This document shows, one piece after another, positions 18,583 through 26,460 of a DNA stretch of 64,000 nucleotides. A program made the position numbers and the translations under genes. This DNA is from Candidatus Colwellbacteria bacterium (lineage in GTDB: Bacteria; Patescibacteriota; Minisyncoccia; UBA6257; Colwellbacteraceae): contig JACOWZ010000003.1 in the NCBI GenBank assembly GCA_016176525.1, forward strand, positions 63,554 to 127,553, read 5' to 3'. A model generated the notes under the pieces. The model did no database searches, was not told the origin of the DNA, and saw only the letters and a list, made by a program, of their open reading frames with translations. Position 1 is the stretch's first letter; each line of letters starts with the position of its first letter.

Positions 18583-18602
18583 AATGTTAATTGTACCCTA
18601 AC

Positions 18603-18630
18603 TTGACAAATGTAACCATTCTGTTATTAT
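18603..18630 (+). promoter_or_regulatory. candidate promoter (TTGACA-N16-TATTAT) for the 3D-domain gene
   Basis: TTGACA at 18603-18608 and TATTAT at 18625-18630. Followed by a leader hairpin CCCC-GAAA-GGGG plus T6 just before the ATG. Confidence 0.3.
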
Positions 18631-18659
18631 AACGTCATTATAAATGAACCCCGAAAGGG

Positions 18660-19109
18660 GTGTTTTTTATGAAAAAATACACAATTTTCGCCCTCATATT
18701 AGCACTATTTATTGCCCTTAAAATAGGCATATTAGTTGGAGAGGCACAAGATAAGACTCAAATAGAGCCGGAAAGCACGCTATATGACGCGGCGCTTACG
18801 GGCGTTGCTTCGCCCGGGCTATCCGGCGCCAAATATGCTGTTATAACAGCATATTCAAGCACACCGGGGCAAACAGATGATACACCCTTTATTACCGCCT
18901 CTGGAGAGCGAGTACGCGATGGAATTGTAGCCGCAAACTGGCTGCCGTTTGGCGCAGAAATTAGAATTCCCGAGCTCTTCGGAAACAAAGTGTTTATTGT
19001 TAAAGACAGAATGCACCGCAGATTCTCTGACCGCGTGGATATTTGGTTTGCAAACACAAAAGAGGCAAAAAAATTCGGCAAACAAACAGCCCTTATTGAG
19101 GTACTGTAG
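18660..19109 (+). CDS. 3D-domain protein (cell-wall binding / MltA-like lytic transglycosylase domain)
   Basis: Signal peptide then ITAYSS.PGQTDDTPFITASG…VAANWLPFGAEIRIPE…VKDRM…DIWF, the 3D (three-Asp) domain signature. Probable real start ATG at 18669. Confidence 0.8.
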   Translation: MFFMKKYTIFALILALFIALKIGILVGEAQDKTQIEPESTLYDAALTGVASPGLSGAKYAVITAYSSTPGQTDDTPFITASGERVRDGIVAANWLPFGAEIRIPELFGNKVFIVKDRMHRRFSDRVDIWFANTKEAKKFGKQTALIEVL

Positions 19110-20016
19110 AAAAAAGCGTTTGTAAAATCTCTTCAATATTTGTTGCGCCCTGCGGAACATCAATTGCAACAGGCTTGTTGTAGTTAGAAAAAGCAATAGA
19201 CAAACCTTCAGATTCGAGCTTATACAGTAAATGATCTGGCCTACCAACCCATAAATCCAGGTTCGGGAATTCCGCGCTCAATATGTCGTCTCTCATTTTG
19301 TCTAAAAATTCCGGCTGCGCTTCTTTTTTAACTGCCTCATCCGAACTTGCTTTAACTATTTCTGCATAAATCTCGGGCGCAGCTTTAGCTAGGCGCTCTT
19401 TATCTATATAAACTTTGTAGTGTGTAGTTGTAACATCACCCAGAACTTCTTCCCCAACCTCCTCTTCAACTCTAAAAATCTCACCGTTCTTAAAATGTTT
19501 TCCAATAATGCCTCGTATGGCTTTGTTTGCACTTAAATAATTCTCAATTTCTGCAGTATCAGTCTCTGGGTTAAATTTATTCAAATCACTGAATTCAATC
19601 TTTAACCATTGATTAGCGAACAAATTAACCAAAGCAAGTATGCCTTCTTGCGGCAGAGAATTACTCTTTAAGTTTAGGTATAAAATATCATCAATAAACC
19701 TTGATTCTAATTCCCCTGTTAGACTGCCTACAGTAGAACTTATATCTACACTAAAAACTCCCAAGAATTTTGGAGATTCAGAAGAATAATCAATTGCACC
19801 ATTTGCGCTTACGTTTTCTTCACCACTAGAGAAGTCTGCATTGTAAGCAAAAGACCTTGCGCTAAAGAAATTAGAAACGGCCTGTGCAACAATTTTATCC
19901 GGCGACTGCGGGGTAAGATAATTCCATGCAACCGCGCCGCCGGCAACCAGAATTGTCACGCCAATTAAAACTAAAATAGGGGCCACACCCCTGCGAGAAT
20001 GATTAATGTTTTCCAT
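19093..20016 (-). CDS. hypothetical membrane-anchored protein
   Basis: Probable start at MENINHSRRGVAPILVLIGVTILVAGG (signal anchor). The ORF track extends to 20118. No recognisable domain. Confidence 0.5.
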   Translation of the reverse strand: MENINHSRRGVAPILVLIGVTILVAGGAVAWNYLTPQSPDKIVAQAVSNFFSARSFAYNADFSSGEENVSANGAIDYSSESPKFLGVFSVDISSTVGSLTGELESRFIDDILYLNLKSNSLPQEGILALVNLFANQWLKIEFSDLNKFNPETDTAEIENYLSANKAIRGIIGKHFKNGEIFRVEEEVGEEVLGDVTTTHYKVYIDKERLAKAAPEIYAEIVKASSDEAVKKEAQPEFLDKMRDDILSAEFPNLDLWVGRPDHLLYKLESEGLSIAFSNYNKPVAIDVPQGATNIEEILQTLFSTVPQ

Positions 20017-20056
20017 ACAAATAATTATACCAAATAAAAACGGCGAATGATCGCCG

Positions 20057-20329
20057 TTAAACGGACACTTGAGGAATTTGCGTATTAGGCTCAATTCTCT
20101 TATATCCGTTAGTGCCAATGATTTTGCCGATTTGCGGTGTTTGCGGAGAGTTTCCGACTTTTTCTTGTTTTAGCCTGCACCCGTATGGATGCCCGCTAAA
20201 CCTTCCCCAACCGGGCTGGTTGCTTCTTATGTCATAGCCACAGCTAAGACAGCTGAAACATTCCGAATGGCATTGTTTTCTCATAGTCGCGCCGCAATGG
20301 CAAATAGGAGGAGGTGATAAAAGCGACAT
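20057..20329 (-). CDS. possible small Cys-rich zinc-ribbon-like protein
   Basis: 90-aa ORF with CHCG…C..C..C.C pattern. Weak: overlaps the 5' extension of the neighbouring ORF, and no RBS was checked. Confidence 0.2.
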   Translation of the reverse strand: MSLLSPPPICHCGATMRKQCHSECFSCLSCGYDIRSNQPGWGRFSGHPYGCRLKQEKVGNSPQTPQIGKIIGTNGYKRIEPNTQIPQVSV

Positions 20330-20458
20330 TAGCCTATTGCACCTCCTGCCCGATCTTAAGGCTTTGTGGTTTTATCTCTTTTACCAAGATTTTCACCTCA
20401 CTCCCAATTCTTAAGGAGCTTCGCCTACACCCTGCCATAGGCACTTATAGTTGTCAAA

Positions 20459-21799
20459 CTATTGAAGCCAATTGTATTCCCTAGTTAAAATTGTTTCGTT
20501 ATTTTGAGTATTTATTACTCTAAATGTTACGTTACTCCCCGGCTCTATATACATATTCTTAGCCCAGCTGCCCCAGTTGGTTTTATCCATTTTTAACCAC
20601 TGTCCATTTTCAATTCGCATATCTACCCACACCGGCCCCGGGTTATTGCCCATCCAAACCTCTGCCCACCATTTATTTATATTGGGAGAAAGCTCGAAAT
20701 TTACCCGCATAGTTTGCTGTTTTTGCTCTTGTTGTTCTTCGGGTTGTGTTTCAGGCTCTGGCGCAGGTGGAGGCGTATTTGTTTTGCGCACAGAAACGCT
20801 GCGTTCCGCTTTTATACCATCCTTCCAAACAAACCATGCCGGCTTTGGCGAGCCGTCGGCTTTAGCAAGACCCCAGTAACGTTCTCCCTCACCGTAATAA
20901 TTTGCAGTGTTTGCGCTCGGATTATCTTTATAAGTTCTGTAAATTAACCCTGCAACACCTTGAGCTTTAAAAGAATCTAAGTTCGCAAAAAAGTCGCGTA
21001 GTGCGTCTGTTTGATGCTTTTCGTGGCTCCACGTCGGATAACTACTTAACGCAACATCTGATATAAGAATAGGTTTCCCGAAAATACTCTTTAACATTCT
21101 TGCCGCGGTAAGAGTCGAATCCGCAACGCTGCGGTAACTTTCTATATTATTGTGCGTTGAACCACGGAGAGCCTGGATGCTCACCATATCTGATGCGCCA
21201 ACGCTCTCATCAAAATTACTCCAGTCACTACTGCCCCAATTGCCAAAACCCACAACAACTTTTGCAGCGGGGTATTTTGATTTTATAAATCTAGCCTTTT
21301 CAGCCAAGTAATCGTCAAATGGCTCGTAGTTTGTAATATTGCCTTTATTAAATTCTGTTTCTAAAATAATAACAGCTTGTTTACCCCGCATTTTTTTATT
21401 TAGGTGATCTGTAAGTTGCACAGCAAGTGTTTGCCAGTTTTGTTTGTTTTTCCAAGTATTGTGGAGGCTAGACCAACATCCGTTTTCTACACAATTTATG
21501 CTTATGTCATCTCCCCAATAGTAAAACTGTATAACTGGCGAAACGCCCTTTTTTACGGCAGTTTCTAAAAGCTTATCCGGACCTCCCCAACCGCTTGATA
21601 ATGTCCACGAGCCAATCCAAAACATGCCATAGTCGGGTTTTATGCCCGAGCTTTCTTGCACATCGATTGAGTTGATATCCATGCCGAACTTAACCGAATC
21701 CGCAAATGCCGCCGGTGGGCGGTTAAAAAGCAGAAAAATAAAAAGTACCGGCAATGCAAGCCATATAGCAACTATTAAATAACGCCTTAAAATTGTCAT
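20459..21799 (-). CDS. secreted glycoside-hydrolase-like TIM-barrel protein with C-terminal beta-sandwich (CBM-like) domain
   Basis: Probable start MTILRRYLIVAIWLALPVLFIF (signal). Central region with W/G-rich GH-A-clan-like pattern (…ILETEFNKG…). C-terminal ~100 aa W-rich module (NKWWAEVWMGNNPGPVWVDMRIENGQWLKMDKTNWGSW) resembling carbohydrate-binding modules. Family not assigned. Confidence 0.55.
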   Translation of the reverse strand: MTILRRYLIVAIWLALPVLFIFLLFNRPPAAFADSVKFGMDINSIDVQESSGIKPDYGMFWIGSWTLSSGWGGPDKLLETAVKKGVSPVIQFYYWGDDISINCVENGCWSSLHNTWKNKQNWQTLAVQLTDHLNKKMRGKQAVIILETEFNKGNITNYEPFDDYLAEKARFIKSKYPAAKVVVGFGNWGSSDWSNFDESVGASDMVSIQALRGSTHNNIESYRSVADSTLTAARMLKSIFGKPILISDVALSSYPTWSHEKHQTDALRDFFANLDSFKAQGVAGLIYRTYKDNPSANTANYYGEGERYWGLAKADGSPKPAWFVWKDGIKAERSVSVRKTNTPPPAPEPETQPEEQQEQKQQTMRVNFELSPNINKWWAEVWMGNNPGPVWVDMRIENGQWLKMDKTNWGSWAKNMYIEPGSNVTFRVINTQNNETILTREYNWLQ

Positions 21800-21878
21800 A
21801 TTCAATTGATATGACTGACAGAACGCGGCTTTACTACAAAATAAAAGGCCCGCCATAATTGGTGGGCCGTGCGGATCT

Positions 21879-22556
21879 TTAGACCGCGACTTGCCGGCGC
21901 CGTGCAAGGAACTCTTTGCCCTTGCCGACATCGACATTAACCGGAATCCCCTGCTCGCAAAGCGGACAGATTTCTTCCGGCCATATTCGGAGGTTTAAGT
22001 TCACGAGAGCCGTTAGAATCGGCACATCACCAACGTCTTCTGGCTTTACTCCGCCTCGGTTACAGAGAGCGCCAAGTCCGATAACTTTGCCGCCCAAAGA
22101 CTGCGCGACTTCAACAGTCTTCCTTGCTGACCCGCCGCTCGTTAATATGTCTTCTACTACGAGCACGCGCTTGCCGGTGAGAAGTTTATCGTAACCGCGC
22201 TTCACAACGAAACTGTCGCCGTCTTTTTCGGCAAATAATGCGAGAGTGGGACGATTGGTTTTAAGGCCTATATGGTGCGCCACCCACTGGGAAAGGATAA
22301 TACCACCTTTCTCCGGCGCGATGACTACTTCCACTTTCTTGTCCGCAAACCTCCGAGCAATCTCTCGACAGAGACTGGACACCTCTTCTGTATACGGATA
22401 AACCGCATCTTTGTTGACGTAAGTGTGGCCGTGGAACCATCCACTGGGGCACTCTCTGGTCGGATCTTTCTGTGTATAGACAAAGTGGCTGCCCTTAAGT
22501 ATAGCCTTTGTACGAGCAAAGATTTTGAGTATGTCTTCGTTGTTCGTGCTTTTCAC
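21879..22556 (-). CDS. pyrE: orotate phosphoribosyltransferase-like type I PRTase
   Basis: PRPP-binding motif VLVVEDILTSGGS. Adjacent to pyrF. Confidence 0.7.
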   Translation of the reverse strand: MKSTNNEDILKIFARTKAILKGSHFVYTQKDPTRECPSGWFHGHTYVNKDAVYPYTEEVSSLCREIARRFADKKVEVVIAPEKGGIILSQWVAHHIGLKTNRPTLALFAEKDGDSFVVKRGYDKLLTGKRVLVVEDILTSGGSARKTVEVAQSLGGKVIGLGALCNRGGVKPEDVGDVPILTALVNLNLRIWPEEICPLCEQGIPVNVDVGKGKEFLARRRQVAV

Positions 22557-22621
22557 CTCATATATTTCAAGGCGACTCCGTAAGCGACGGAATCTTCTGT
22601 GGAGGATATTAATATATAATT

Positions 22622-22652
22622 ACAAAAAATAAAAGTCCCGCGTTCACGGGAC
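22622..22652 (-). terminator. rho-independent terminator after pyrF
   Basis: GTCCCGTGAACGCGGGAC hairpin (22635-22652) followed on the minus strand by TTTTATTTTTTG. Confidence 0.6.
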
Positions 22653-22662
22653 AAATGTGCTT

Positions 22663-23439
22663 TTATGCGACCACTGCTTCTTGTTTGCGGCGATCTTCCA
22701 GACCTTGCCGAATTTCTTCGGCAATAAGATCTACAGCACGCTCCGGAGAACCAATCTCTGGTGGCGGATTTGTAATCGGCCTGCCGACTACAATATAATC
22801 GGCGCCAAGCGCGATTGCCTCGCGCGGGGTCATAACACGCTTCTGGTCGCCCTTTGCGGCCCATGCGGGCCTAACTCCAGGCGTTACCACAAGAAATTCC
22901 GGCTGGCAGTATCTGCGGATGATAGGCAGTTCGCGCGGTGAGGCAATAACCCCATCCAAACCAAGGTATCCGCCTTCCCAAGTTTCAAACTCTTGAGCAA
23001 AGAGAGCCAGATCTTTAACCAAAGTGCTTAACTCACGATCTTTAGCTTCTTGTAGCTCGGAGGGATTAGCTATGTTCATGGGCTCAAAAATGCCCATCTG
23101 TACAAAGTCGTCGTGGGAAAGGCTTGTAAGTGCGGTGACACCCAGGACAAGCGGAAAATTCTCGCCGGATTTCTTTGCAACTTTTAGCGCATCTTCCAGC
23201 ATCTTGGCCCCGCCCAACGTGTGGACGTTGAACATTTTGGCTCCCAGCTTAACCGGGGCCTTGGATGCGCCAGCGACTGTATTTGGAATATCCATAAACT
23301 TGCCGTCGTAAAAGAGTTGCTCTTTTGTAAGCCCGATTAGTTCGCGCAGGGCGTCAAGCTCACGTAGAGTCTGATCTTTTGGCGCTGTAGCAAACACCGC
23401 CAAGGTGTTGTGCATAAGCTCAAGCCCAATCTTGAACAT
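22663..23439 (-). CDS. pyrF: orotidine-5'-phosphate decarboxylase
   Basis: DGKFMDIPNTV and DYIVVGRPI motifs. The conserved N-terminus (RIIVALDVD…VGMFKIG) lies in-frame upstream of the first ATG, back to a stop at 23557-23559. Likely starts at CTG 23550 with GGAG 10 nt upstream (see findings). Confidence 0.85.
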   Translation of the reverse strand: MFKIGLELMHNTLAVFATAPKDQTLRELDALRELIGLTKEQLFYDGKFMDIPNTVAGASKAPVKLGAKMFNVHTLGGAKMLEDALKVAKKSGENFPLVLGVTALTSLSHDDFVQMGIFEPMNIANPSELQEAKDRELSTLVKDLALFAQEFETWEGGYLGLDGVIASPRELPIIRRYCQPEFLVVTPGVRPAWAAKGDQKRVMTPREAIALGADYIVVGRPITNPPPEIGSPERAVDLIAEEIRQGLEDRRKQEAVVA

Positions 23440-23632
23440 GCCGACACGGTCTTTTAGCTTTTCAACAATGCTTACAGCCTTTGACGGCAGGTCAACGTCT
23501 AGCGCTACGATGATGCGCTCTTGTGGTTCTAGATTTTCGGTTCGTTGCAGTTTTCCTCAACTCCTATTTTTGGAGGTTCTGCAAAGAGACTAGCATAAAA
23601 AGCCGGTGGATGTAAATTACCGCAAAGTGTTC

Positions 23633-24175
23633 TTATTCTGCTCCTGCTTCAATACCTCTGTCTATAATTTTGGAGCCAAGCTCTGTACTTTTTTGTCTTG
23701 CAATTTCTGCACGCGCAGCAACTGCACCCCTTATTTCAGAAACAGCTGCTTTTGCCTCTTCCTCTGCCTCTCCTTGTAGCCTGTCTAAAATACGTTCGTG
23801 GGCCATAAGTGACACAGCAAGGTTTGATGCAATATCCGCGGCCGCAGTTACATTACCCTTCTCTTCAAGCTCGGTGATATGCGCTTCTACACGATCTGCA
23901 TGCGCGGCAAAATTAGAACCTACCTGTGCACGAGCATCAGCGTTCATTCGGTTTTCTATTGTAAGTTGTTCGGCCTCTTCCAAGCGGCGTTCTAAAAGCC
24001 TTGTCGCCCACTTTGCTTTAGATGTTGCCCCAAATGCTAGAGCTCCGCGAACTTGCTCGTTAACGCCCACTTTTATTGGATAGAGAGCGTCTCCCGGCAA
24101 AGAATTCTCTGCGGCAAAGGATACTCCACCCACTGATAACGCAATTAATAATGTAATTATTGATAATAATTTCAT
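23633..24175 (-). CDS. secreted paralog of the anti-sigma periplasmic domain (DUF5667-like)
   Basis: Signal peptide then AENSLPGDALYPIKVGVNEQVRGALAFGA, identical to the extracytoplasmic domain start of the upstream 445-aa protein. The first 98 nt of this region are identical at nucleotide level. Confidence 0.6.
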   Translation of the reverse strand: MKLLSIITLLIALSVGGVSFAAENSLPGDALYPIKVGVNEQVRGALAFGATSKAKWATRLLERRLEEAEQLTIENRMNADARAQVGSNFAAHADRVEAHITELEEKGNVTAAADIASNLAVSLMAHERILDRLQGEAEEEAKAAVSEIRGAVAARAEIARQKSTELGSKIIDRGIEAGAE

Positions 24176-24194
24176 AAACTTATTATAACATAAT

Positions 24195-24219
24195 AAAAAC
24201 CCCGCAGTGCGGGGTTTTT
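24195..24219 (-). terminator. rho-independent (bidirectional-looking) terminator between the two paralogs
   Basis: AAAAA-CCCCGC-AGT-GCGGGG-TTTTT. Confidence 0.5.
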
Positions 24220-24222
24220 ATT

Positions 24223-25560
24223 TTAGAGACTGACCTCTGCTTCAACTTCGACTTCAGCTTCAGCTTCTGCGCTATCTGATTCTGTTTTAGTTTCGTTATT
24301 AGATTCTGCTTTAGCTTGAGATTTTGCTTCGCTGTTAGATTTACCTCTGGTATCGGATTCTGCTTCAATTTCAATTTCTGTTTCGCTTTCAAACTCAGTG
24401 TCGCTTTCAGTCTCAACTTCTGCATCGCCATCAGAATCTACCTCAACCTCGGCCTCCCCTTCTGTTCTAACTTCCGTTTTGATCTTACCGTTATTACTAT
24501 TTATTCTAATCTCAATTATTCCCGGAGGGCCCAAGAAACGGACCCGTGTGTCAATCTTTATAGATGCGTTTATAAGCGCTCTTGCTTCGTTTGCAACTCT
24601 AATCGCTTGGTTTGCGAGGTTAAACGCTTCTGCCTTAGCCTCTGCTTCCAGCTTTGCTTCTGCTTGAACTACCAAGCTTTCTGCAGTCGAGACGCGCGCC
24701 TCTGCGTCAGCTATAGCTTCTACATCTAAGCTATCTTGCTTTCTTTCAAGCTGGGACTTTACAGAAGCTATAACATTTTTTGCAGCATTTATTCCGCCGC
24801 GGGCTTCAACTTCAATTTTTGCCTTAACTTTTACGTCTTCATCAGCACCCTTCTTTACAACATCGGATTCAAGTTTCGTGCGCTTTTCCGCAGCAGTCTT
24901 ACCGCGAGCTTCAACTGAACCCTTTAGAGTGTTTACATGGAATTTAATTGACTCATCAACACTCGCCTGTAATCTTTCTAAGATTTGCTCGTGAGCTCTT
25001 AGTGATGCTTCAAAGCGGCTGGCAATATCAGCAGCGGAGGTAAAGTCATCTTTCTCTTCAAATTCGGCTATGCGAGCCTCCACGCGCTCAGCATGGGCTT
25101 TAAAGTTAGCTTCTATCCTTTCGCGCACATCAGCATCCATGCGCGTTTTTGCAGAAAGTTGTTCGGCCTCTTCAAGCCTGCGTGCTGCAAGCTGTGTGTC
25201 TAACTTTGCCTTTGCTTTAGCGCCAAATGCTAGAGCTCCGCGAACTTGCTCGTTAACGCCCACTTTTATTGGATAGAGAGCGTCTCCCGGCAAAGAATTC
25301 TCTGCGGCAAAGGATACTCCGCCGCTAAGTGATAATGCTATTAATAGTGCAATTATTGGCATTGGTATTATTCTTAAACTTCCTATTAAGCCTTCTAGTG
25401 AAAACTTCTTCGACCTTTCACTTATTAGACGTCTTGTTTCGGGAGCCCTTACATCACCTTGCATAAAGTTAACCAGATTCTCACGAATACGAGATTTACT
25501 CTCTTTAGAGAGTTTGGCTTCCGGCAAATTCTTAAATTTTTCAAAAAAATTCAGGTTCAT
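24223..25560 (-). CDS. putative anti-sigma factor: cytoplasmic N-domain, single TM, DUF5667-like extracytoplasmic domain, acidic tail
   Basis: 445 aa. ~70-aa cytoplasmic segment, TM (IIPMPIIALLIALSL), then the SLPGDALYPIK domain with long coiled regions. C-terminal E/D/S/T-rich tail. Starts 14 nt downstream of the ECF sigma gene. Confidence 0.6.
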   Translation of the reverse strand: MNLNFFEKFKNLPEAKLSKESKSRIRENLVNFMQGDVRAPETRRLISERSKKFSLEGLIGSLRIIPMPIIALLIALSLSGGVSFAAENSLPGDALYPIKVGVNEQVRGALAFGAKAKAKLDTQLAARRLEEAEQLSAKTRMDADVRERIEANFKAHAERVEARIAEFEEKDDFTSAADIASRFEASLRAHEQILERLQASVDESIKFHVNTLKGSVEARGKTAAEKRTKLESDVVKKGADEDVKVKAKIEVEARGGINAAKNVIASVKSQLERKQDSLDVEAIADAEARVSTAESLVVQAEAKLEAEAKAEAFNLANQAIRVANEARALINASIKIDTRVRFLGPPGIIEIRINSNNGKIKTEVRTEGEAEVEVDSDGDAEVETESDTEFESETEIEIEAESDTRGKSNSEAKSQAKAESNNETKTESDSAEAEAEVEVEAEVSL

Positions 25561-25574
25561 TTGTTTGTTTGATT

Positions 25575-26072
25575 CTACATATACTTGCGTAATTTTTTAA
25601 TTGCCCTGTTTAACTTTACGGAAACGTTGTTCGGGCTAATATCTAGAGCCTCTGCAATATCCTTTGGCTCTAGACCGTCTAGATAACGCAGGGTTATAAT
25701 CTCTCTCTCCCATTTATTAAGACGCAGCATCTTGTCCTTTATTTCAGACAAGACTGCTCCCGCTTCTGCCTTCTTGTCTCCCCTATCCGGCAGATTAAAG
25801 CCGACTTCTTCAATTAAGTAATCCAAGCTTTGTTCCTTGCGCTTACGCGAATCGTCAATAATAAGGTTTGTAAGGACCCTGTATAAAAAAGCGCGCATAT
25901 TTTTTACCTCTTTGCCTTCGCTTACATACTGCCAGGCTCGCATAAAAGTCTCTTGGGTAAGCTCCTCGGCGCGCGACTTCTCATATACCCTAAAGTAGCA
26001 ATGCTTATAAAGCGCATCGGCATACAGTTCGTAGGCCTCAAGGAATTCGCTTTTTTTGTCATTACTCAACAT
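25575..26072 (-). CDS. ECF (sigma-24 type) RNA polymerase sigma factor
   Basis: 165 aa with region 2 (ELTQETFMRAWQ) and region 4 HTH (ITLRYLDGLEPKDIAEALDISPNNVSVKLNRAIKKLR). Confidence 0.85.
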   Translation of the reverse strand: MLSNDKKSEFLEAYELYADALYKHCYFRVYEKSRAEELTQETFMRAWQYVSEGKEVKNMRAFLYRVLTNLIIDDSRKRKEQSLDYLIEEVGFNLPDRGDKKAEAGAVLSEIKDKMLRLNKWEREIITLRYLDGLEPKDIAEALDISPNNVSVKLNRAIKKLRKYM

Positions 26073-26106
26073 ATTAGACGTAGAAAGTCAAAGTTTCTTA
26101 CAAAAT

Positions 26107-26128
26107 TGGTGCGCGGGAGAGGATTTGA
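26107..26128 (-). repeat. direct repeat of the tRNA-Leu(GAG) 3' end (decayed tRNA fragment / possible att scar)
   Basis: TGGTGCGCGGGAGAGGATTTGA at 26107-26128 is identical to the 3' end (with CCA) of the intact tRNA-Leu at 26279-26300. Similarity continues ~8 nt with a 1-nt indel. The flanking GC-rich sequence does not fold as a tRNA. Confidence 0.5.
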
Positions 26129-26278
26129 CCTACAAGTCGCTCGTCGCCGTCGCTCCTCCCGCTCGCAGGCCGCCCCTCGCTCATTCGCGAGCTTGCGAAT
26201 TTCGCTGCGGTCGTTCAAATCCCGTCACACATAAGAAAAATATAACATCATATATAACATGTGTCATATTTACCTTCG

Positions 26279-26362
26279 TGGTGCGCGGGAGAGGATTTGA
26301 ACCTCCACGCCTTTCGGCGCTACCACCTCAAGGTAGTGCGTCTGCCGTTTCGCCACCCGCGC
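26279..26362 (-). tRNA. tRNA-Leu (anticodon GAG), class II, encoded CCA
   Basis: GCGCGGGTGGCGAAACGGCAGACGCACTACCTTGAGGTGGTAG-CGCCGAAAGGCGT-GGAGGTTCAAATCCTCTCCCGCGCACCA. Anticodon loop TTGAGGT. Confidence 0.85.
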
Positions 26363-26460
26363 GCAGAATAACTACATAACACAATAACTAAATAACTTAT
26401 AACGGTCAACGGAACTTCTATTAGATTATTATACTGTTACGTGGTTACTACGTTACGTAG

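Noticed and set aside
22553-22941. 103-aa and 94-aa ORFs overlapping the pyrE/pyrF junction and terminator
   Set aside because: They overlap a clear terminator hairpin and the pyrF 3' end. Low-complexity Arg/Ser-rich translations.
24183-24729. Lys/Leu-rich and Phe/Cys-rich short ORFs antisense or out of frame in the anti-sigma acidic tail region
   Set aside because: Frames of the GAA/GAG-rich tail of the 445-aa protein. No independent signals.
26100-26280. Possible tmRNA or intron-containing tRNA, because of the CCA-ending T-arm-like sequence
   Set aside because: Only ~200 nt are available, and the upstream part does not form an acceptor or T-stem, nor a tag-reading frame. Interpreted as a tRNA-Leu 3' fragment.
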